Shown in pieces: positions 62,398-64,000 of a DNA stretch of 64,000 nt. Every line of letters starts with the position of its first letter. Positions within the stretch are counted from its first letter, which is position 1. The DNA is from Guillardia theta CCMP2712 (taxonomy: Eukaryota > Protista > Cryptophyta). The stretch is from the NCBI RefSeq assembly GCF_000315625.1, contig NW_005434549.1, forward strand, positions 79,101 to 143,100, in the 5' to 3' direction. The notes under the pieces were generated by a model that saw only the letters and a list, made by a program, of their open reading frames with translations, was not told the DNA's origin and did no database searches. Both the position numbers and the translations under genes were made by a program.

Positions 62398-64000
62398 TCA
62401 TCTGCCGCCATAGCTCCCCGAAGGCAGCCCAGTGTCAAGTGTCCCGAACCCGCTGTTGCTGGAGCCGTCAACAGCGCTGAACATGGAGTCGCCGAGGTAG
62501 CCATGATTGTCGTACTGACCCGAGGGAAGGAAGTCCGTGCTAGGCATGGAGGACATCCAGCCGCTCTGATCTGCCACGTTCCATCCTTCATTGGGCAAGC
62601 CCTGTCGCTGCATGGCGTAGAAGGGAGGCATGTTGTTCATAGGCATTCCCCCGTTGTACGAGCCCATCTCAAGCTGCTCCCCGTCATGCAAGCTCGGCTG
62701 GAAGAACTGCCAAGAACGTTCAGCTGCTGCTGTCTCCCACTCCTCCTCCCCGCCTCCAGCTCTACGTCCATCCTCCCTCCTCCCTCACCTGGTTCTCGGC
62801 ATTGCCCATCATGCCGTTGAGGAGAGGACGCTGTTCCATCCCCATGGTCTGCCAACTTACGTCAACTTTGTTTCCACCTGCTCTCCTCCTCCAAGACCTG
62901 GAGCTGCTGCTGCTGCTGCTGCTGATCGATCAGTTTGCCCTGCGTCGAGAGCATATAGGCGACGCTGTTGGGCTTGCGAAGTTCATCGTCGCCATGGGCA
63001 AACCAGCATCTGAAAAGATGGTTAGGAGAATGTGTACAAGAAAGATCCCTCACTTTGCGCCTCGCGGGCAGTTGGGCCAAAATTTGCACATTTTGGTCTA
63101 GCAGGAGAGAGTCTTAACAAGAACAGCAGAAAGCAGAAGAAAGCCAACAGCATGTTGGTTGCAGAGCAGAAATTTTCATCCTCCTTCTCGATCAAACAAG
63201 GCACCCACAGACAAGCAGCGACTTGATTCGCACCTTGAACAACCAGGGCTCCTTGTTCGGCTCAATGATCTGCGATTTCCCAGCCATGGAAGACCCACCG
63301 AATCCCTGAGACAGCAAGACTGTCAGCACGACTCTCGTTGACCGCAGCTGCGTTTCTCACATATGGTCCGTTAACGCCAACATTGAAGTTGTTCCCTAAC
63401 AGACGTTGAGAATGTCGAAGATCAGACAGAATAACAAACGATACCTCCTGATATGTTAGCGTGGAAGCTACGAAGACTTTCTTCGATCTGCGAAATGGAG
63501 AACCTGACAAACAGGAGAAATTACATCTTCGCATCATCATCTTCTCGCTCCCTCACCCCATGTTGGACATGCGATCAATGAACTGATTAATCTCTTCATT
63601 GTTCTCTCCCGCAAAGAACTGGTTCAGACTTTCCGCTGTAGCAAGGGGAGCAAGACCAGCCGAGCTGGCAGGCGATCTGAAGAAAAACCTTAAGCTGACG
63701 AATGATAATGCTTTGTTCCTCCTACCCTCCTCCTTGAAGAGCGACCGGAGAGTCGGTTCCGTTAATGAGGTAGATTTGAGTTGCGTTCAGTTTGCCCGTG
63801 AAAGGATTCCGCACGACTAGGAACTCGACTTCATCTCCGGCCATGAGAAGACGGTTAGCTCGGACCTATAAACAAGGATGTCACTGGTTTGTAGCAAAGG
63901 TAGTGAGACTTGAACCTCGCTGCCATGATAGAACAAATCTTCAGCATGAGATGCTGACTGGATGAAGCCATAACTCTCCTTCACCCACTTGACGATTCCC
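62398..64000 (-). CDS. Cold-shock-domain protein with low-complexity C-terminus (5' end outside window), multi-exon
   Basis: GIVKWVKESYGFIQ / HAEDLFYHGSEVQ (RNP1/RNP2 of a CSD) at 63910-64000. The last exon is M/G/S/N-rich and ends SGSYGGR*. Confidence 0.75.

Overview
Eukaryotic nuclear DNA with four 100-N scaffold gaps. It is gene-dense, with very short (about 45-60 nt) spliceosomal introns, purine/pyrimidine microsatellite-filled long introns and GC3-rich exons. The organism is probably a cryptophyte alga (Guillardia/Hanusia-like); this is an inference. Most ORFs in the supplied track are shadow or low-complexity artefacts, so genes were reconstructed by eye across introns and boundaries are approximate. 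Recognisable genes: 3' end of an Hsp70, a PX-domain protein, SF3A3/PRP9, three PDZ proteins, mitochondrial aspartate aminotransferase, a carotenoid oxygenase, a DDE-less CENP-B-like HTH protein, a CARMIL-like PH/WW/C2/LRR protein abutting (possibly fused to) a GT49 glycosyltransferase, a Par3/HAL-N-terminal + WD40 protein, a TspO-like membrane protein, a secreted LysM protein, an ankyrin + 2OG-Fe(II) oxygenase and a partial cold-shock-domain protein. The most unusual non-coding signal is a set of GC/CpG-rich islands with shared motifs upstream of genes. One island (about 51.55-52.29 kb) holds an irregularly spaced array of the 18-mer AACTTAACTTTGAGTAAA, which recurs singly at other islands. 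Also notable: two intronless orphans sharing an identically spaced twin (A/T)IDxxGN(F/V) motif, and a 173-bp near-perfect inverted duplication bracketing the WD40 gene.
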